From assembly GCA_019057385.1 (NCBI GenBank), contig JAHQJS010000006.1, positions 192,001 through 256,000 of the forward strand: a stretch of DNA of 64,000 nucleotides, in the 5' to 3' direction. Position numbers and translations under genes: made by a program. Origin of the DNA: Candidatus Borrarchaeum weybense (GTDB lineage Archaea; Asgardarchaeota; Sifarchaeia; Borrarchaeales; Borrarchaeaceae). The notes beneath the pieces were generated by a model, which was given only the letters and a program-made list of their open reading frames with translations, was not told the origin of the DNA and did not search any database. Below are positions 61,526 to 64,000 of this stretch, one piece after another; position 1 is the stretch's first letter, and each line of letters begins with the position of its first letter.

Positions 61526-62569
61526 TCAAGAATATTCACTATGAAGTGGGGATAGGAATTGTGTTCTAAGCGAAATTCGGGTTAAGATCGTACAATCTTC
61601 TTTTTTAGCGTTTTGCGTTAGACGTTTTCCGGTTTTTAGACAATGCAGGCTTAAACGATTTTTTAGATTACCACCGATATAACACAACCCTAAGGTTTTA
61701 TGAGTTACGAGTGTTCCTTTTTTCAGCCCAAGTGATAGCGTACCACCATATCTTCTTTTTATGCCCCCTTTCGCGAATTGAAAACGATGTAACTGTCTCC
61801 TGTGAAATTGTAGCGGTGTTATATAGTAAATACTTATTGTGGTCGGAAATTTTGCTCTGGTTGTAGCGGCTGCCAGTACCCAGGCATCTACACAATGAGT
61901 TTCAAAGATAGGTTGTGATTTGCTCTTCTTTTTGTGCAATCCAAAGTGTTGTCTTAACTGCTGTGTCTCGTTCCCTTGTGCTAGTATCACATTTAATTTA
62001 AGTTTTTGTAACTCGCTATAGAAATACCACTTGCCCACTTCTAATGGGCTAAAATTAGTGTTCCATCTCTTATGATGTCTCTTTTTTGTAACTGCTTGAA
62101 TATCCTCTACCACCACGTTTTGGATAGGAATGATAGTGCAGAGTTGTTTGATGATCCTTAGTTTTACATCCCATCGTGCTCTGGTGGATGGTGGTAACCT
62201 ACGTTGATTTGCTATTCGGTTTTTCTTGTTTTTTCTACGGCGAGTATTCCTTTTTCGGCGTGCCTTCCGCGCATTTCGTCTTTGTTCGACCTTTCTTTTC
62301 ACCCAAGTTATCGCTTCTGACATGATATTGACTACCGTATCACCTGTACCAACGATTGAGAACCCTTCGTACTTCGTACCTGGATCTACTCCAATGGCGA
62401 GCGGTTGTGTGACGGGTATGTGTGGATCGAATTGTAAATGAAGATAAAAGATGCCTATTTTATTCCGTTTCTTGATGGCCTTTCCTTGAGCAATGAGTTT
62501 TCGAGCTTTTGCAGGTCGACACGGCATTAATGGAGTGCCATTTTTACTAACGACAGGTATTCTACCGAT
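61526..62569 (-). CDS. isrB: IsrB RNA-guided nickase (OMEGA; RRXRR/PLMP family, no HNH)
   Basis: GTPLMPC...ARKL (PLMP), GVDPG (RuvC-I), Arg-rich bridge helix, LPPS, VVEDI (RuvC-II), HCVDA (RuvC-III), RRQLH; about 347 aa; no HNH or CxxC insertion; start non-canonical (ATC 62569) or further upstream. Confidence 0.9.
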   Translation of the reverse strand: MGRIPVVSKNGTPLMPCRPAKARKLIAQGKAIKKRNKIGIFYLHLQFDPHIPVTQPLAIGVDPGTKYEGFSIVGTGDTVVNIMSEAITWVKRKVEQRRNARKARRKRNTRRRKNKKNRIANQRRLPPSTRARWDVKLRIIKQLCTIIPIQNVVVEDIQAVTKKRHHKRWNTNFSPLEVGKWYFYSELQKLKLNVILAQGNETQQLRQHFGLHKKKSKSQPIFETHCVDAWVLAAATTRAKFPTTISIYYITPLQFHRRQLHRFQFAKGGIKRRYGGTLSLGLKKGTLVTHKTLGLCYIGGNLKNRLSLHCLKTGKRLTQNAKKEDCTILTRISLRTQFLSPLHSEYS

Positions 62570-62574
62570 TGCGG

Positions 62575-62801
62575 TCTCCCTGTCAGAGTCATGTTTCCCT
62601 TCGCCAGGGTATATAGGACATAGTCTAGTACTATTGTTGCTAGACTTGGAATTAAGTGATTCTTCCGAAGCGGGCTGGACTAGGGAGGCATCCAACCATT
62701 CTTGTAGTCCTATACACGTAGTTCCCGAAGAACTGAGGCTAGTCAACTCTTGCGTTGGTATCACCATCCCATGCCCTGTCCTCTTGGACAGGGTAGCTGA
62801 C
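62575..62801 (-). ncRNA. omegaRNA (HEARO-like) scaffold of IsrB
   Basis: GTCAGCTACCCTGTCC...GGACAGGGCATG...GTTGACTAGCCTCAG...CTACG...GGATGCCTCCCTAGTCC...GGCGAAGGGAAAC, the ordered conserved blocks of IscB/IsrB omegaRNAs directly 5' of the PLMP ORF. Confidence 0.85.
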
Positions 62802-63046
62802 AGAAACATCACCAAACAAATTCATTTTTGAATTCATTTGTTGCTTAATTCGATTGATCTAATGCAGAAATTAAGTTATACCAAATATTTAACGTTTCTC
62901 ATAAACACATTGAATTGAAAAGTTCAGACCCCTCACACCTTTATAGTGGTATAAACCTTTAAAAGCAAAATTTGCTAGTCACAGTAACCACTCCAAAGAT
63001 TTAAGTAGTGATTCATGAAACTGGTTCTCTAGAAGTTTAATGAAAG

Positions 63047-63658
63047 GTGCAGAAAGTGAGACATAAGTGGGCACTCTTTTTCATAGTAATATTGTGTTTT
63101 ACGATTCCTATCACACCAATGCAAAAAATTGAACTGGTAGCTGGCCAAGAGGAGGAAGTACTAAGTGGAAAGGATTTTCTGAACGTAACGAAAACTGTAA
63201 AACCGAAAGAAACTTTTGTCGACTCCAATGTAACAGTTACAGTTGAAATCAAGAACCCTGAAGTCGTAAATGAAACAATCTTTGATCTGGCAATAACAGA
63301 AGCAGATCTTCCTTTCTGGAGCTTTACAGAAATAGATCCAGGTAATTTAAGTCTTGTCGATGGGATTGAACTTAGTGTTAAGGAGAATGTTTCTGCGTAT
63401 TATATCCTTCGCCCCGAGAAATCTGGAAATTATACATTACCTGGGGCAAAGATTACATTTATGGATGAGAACGATACTCGTTATGAGTTTTTCACCGATC
63501 CAGTAGTGCTTAATGTACTTCCCAAGCTAACTACAATAGAGTGGAGAGATATTCTATTGCTTTCTATCTTAGCAATTGGAATCCCAGGTGTTCCTTGGGC
63601 ACTGTTATTCTTCACAAAAAGGAAGACATTTAAAGTCAGAAAGAAAAGCAAAAGATAA
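63047..63658 (+). CDS. Secreted/membrane-anchored protein with Ig-like (BatD/DUF11-like) domain
   Basis: Signal peptide, NVTKTV...VTVTVEIKN...GNYTLPGAKITF, C-terminal TM and basic tail; several N-x-S/T sequons. Confidence 0.7.
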   Translation: MQKVRHKWALFFIVILCFTIPITPMQKIELVAGQEEEVLSGKDFLNVTKTVKPKETFVDSNVTVTVEIKNPEVVNETIFDLAITEADLPFWSFTEIDPGNLSLVDGIELSVKENVSAYYILRPEKSGNYTLPGAKITFMDENDTRYEFFTDPVVLNVLPKLTTIEWRDILLLSILAIGIPGVPWALLFFTKRKTFKVRKKSKR

Positions 63659-63767
63659 GATTTTTAGATGTACGGGATTAGACCTTATGAATTTCATAGA
63701 TTTTAATGTACCTTACTTACGGTAGGGATTTATTACTAATTTCTTATAAGCTAAAAAGGATTGATAA

Positions 63768-64000
<233 letters not shown>

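Larger units (their letters stand above)
61517..62801 (+). mobile_element. IS200/IS605-superfamily IsrB element (no TnpA)
   Basis: TTCAT target at 61512-61516; subterminal bulged hairpin at about 61533-61554; opposite-end hairpin CCCTGTCC-TCTT-GGACAGGG then TAGCTGAC terminus at 62801. Confidence 0.85.

Noticed and set aside
61526-62815. Calling the 429-aa ORF IscB or Cas9-like with a genuine N-terminal domain
   Set aside because: No HNH domain between RuvC-II and RuvC-III and no CRISPR array; the first 82 codons coincide with the omegaRNA and flank, so it is annotated as IsrB with the extension treated only as a hypothesis

Overview
AT-rich archaeal chromosomal window with GGTGA/GGAGG Shine-Dalgarno motifs, a group II chaperonin and archaeal Wood-Ljungdahl genes. 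The gene mix is compatible with an Asgard-type or similar anaerobic archaeon, but taxonomy is inference only. Contents in order: the 3' end of fwdA; a RIO/Bud32-like kinase; a GH15 hydrolase; a cdhCDE operon lacking the CODH alpha/epsilon genes; EndoQ; a large glycosylation region (Dol-P-Man synthase, three GT-C membrane proteins, GT2/GT4, nucleotide-sugar enzymes); a divergent thermosome paralog; a biotin/B12 propionyl-CoA to methylmalonyl-CoA to succinyl-CoA cluster; a DUF35/Cys-less thiolase pair; ACD alpha; an acyl-CoA synthetase; a 2-oxoacid:ferredoxin oxidoreductase operon ending in a Met gamma-lyase-like gene; a MoxR-VWA fusion; and a partial GET3/ArsA ATPase. The most notable non-obvious structure is a graded set of co-oriented IS200/IS605-type elements. 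The largest is an intact IsrB plus omegaRNA element inserted exactly between a host Shine-Dalgarno and the host ATG (the TAM ATGAA is the start codon), and its own end supplies a replacement SD. The others are a 179-bp non-coding MITE and two roughly 50-60-bp single-hairpin mini-elements between convergent genes. No rRNA, tRNA or CRISPR array was recognised.
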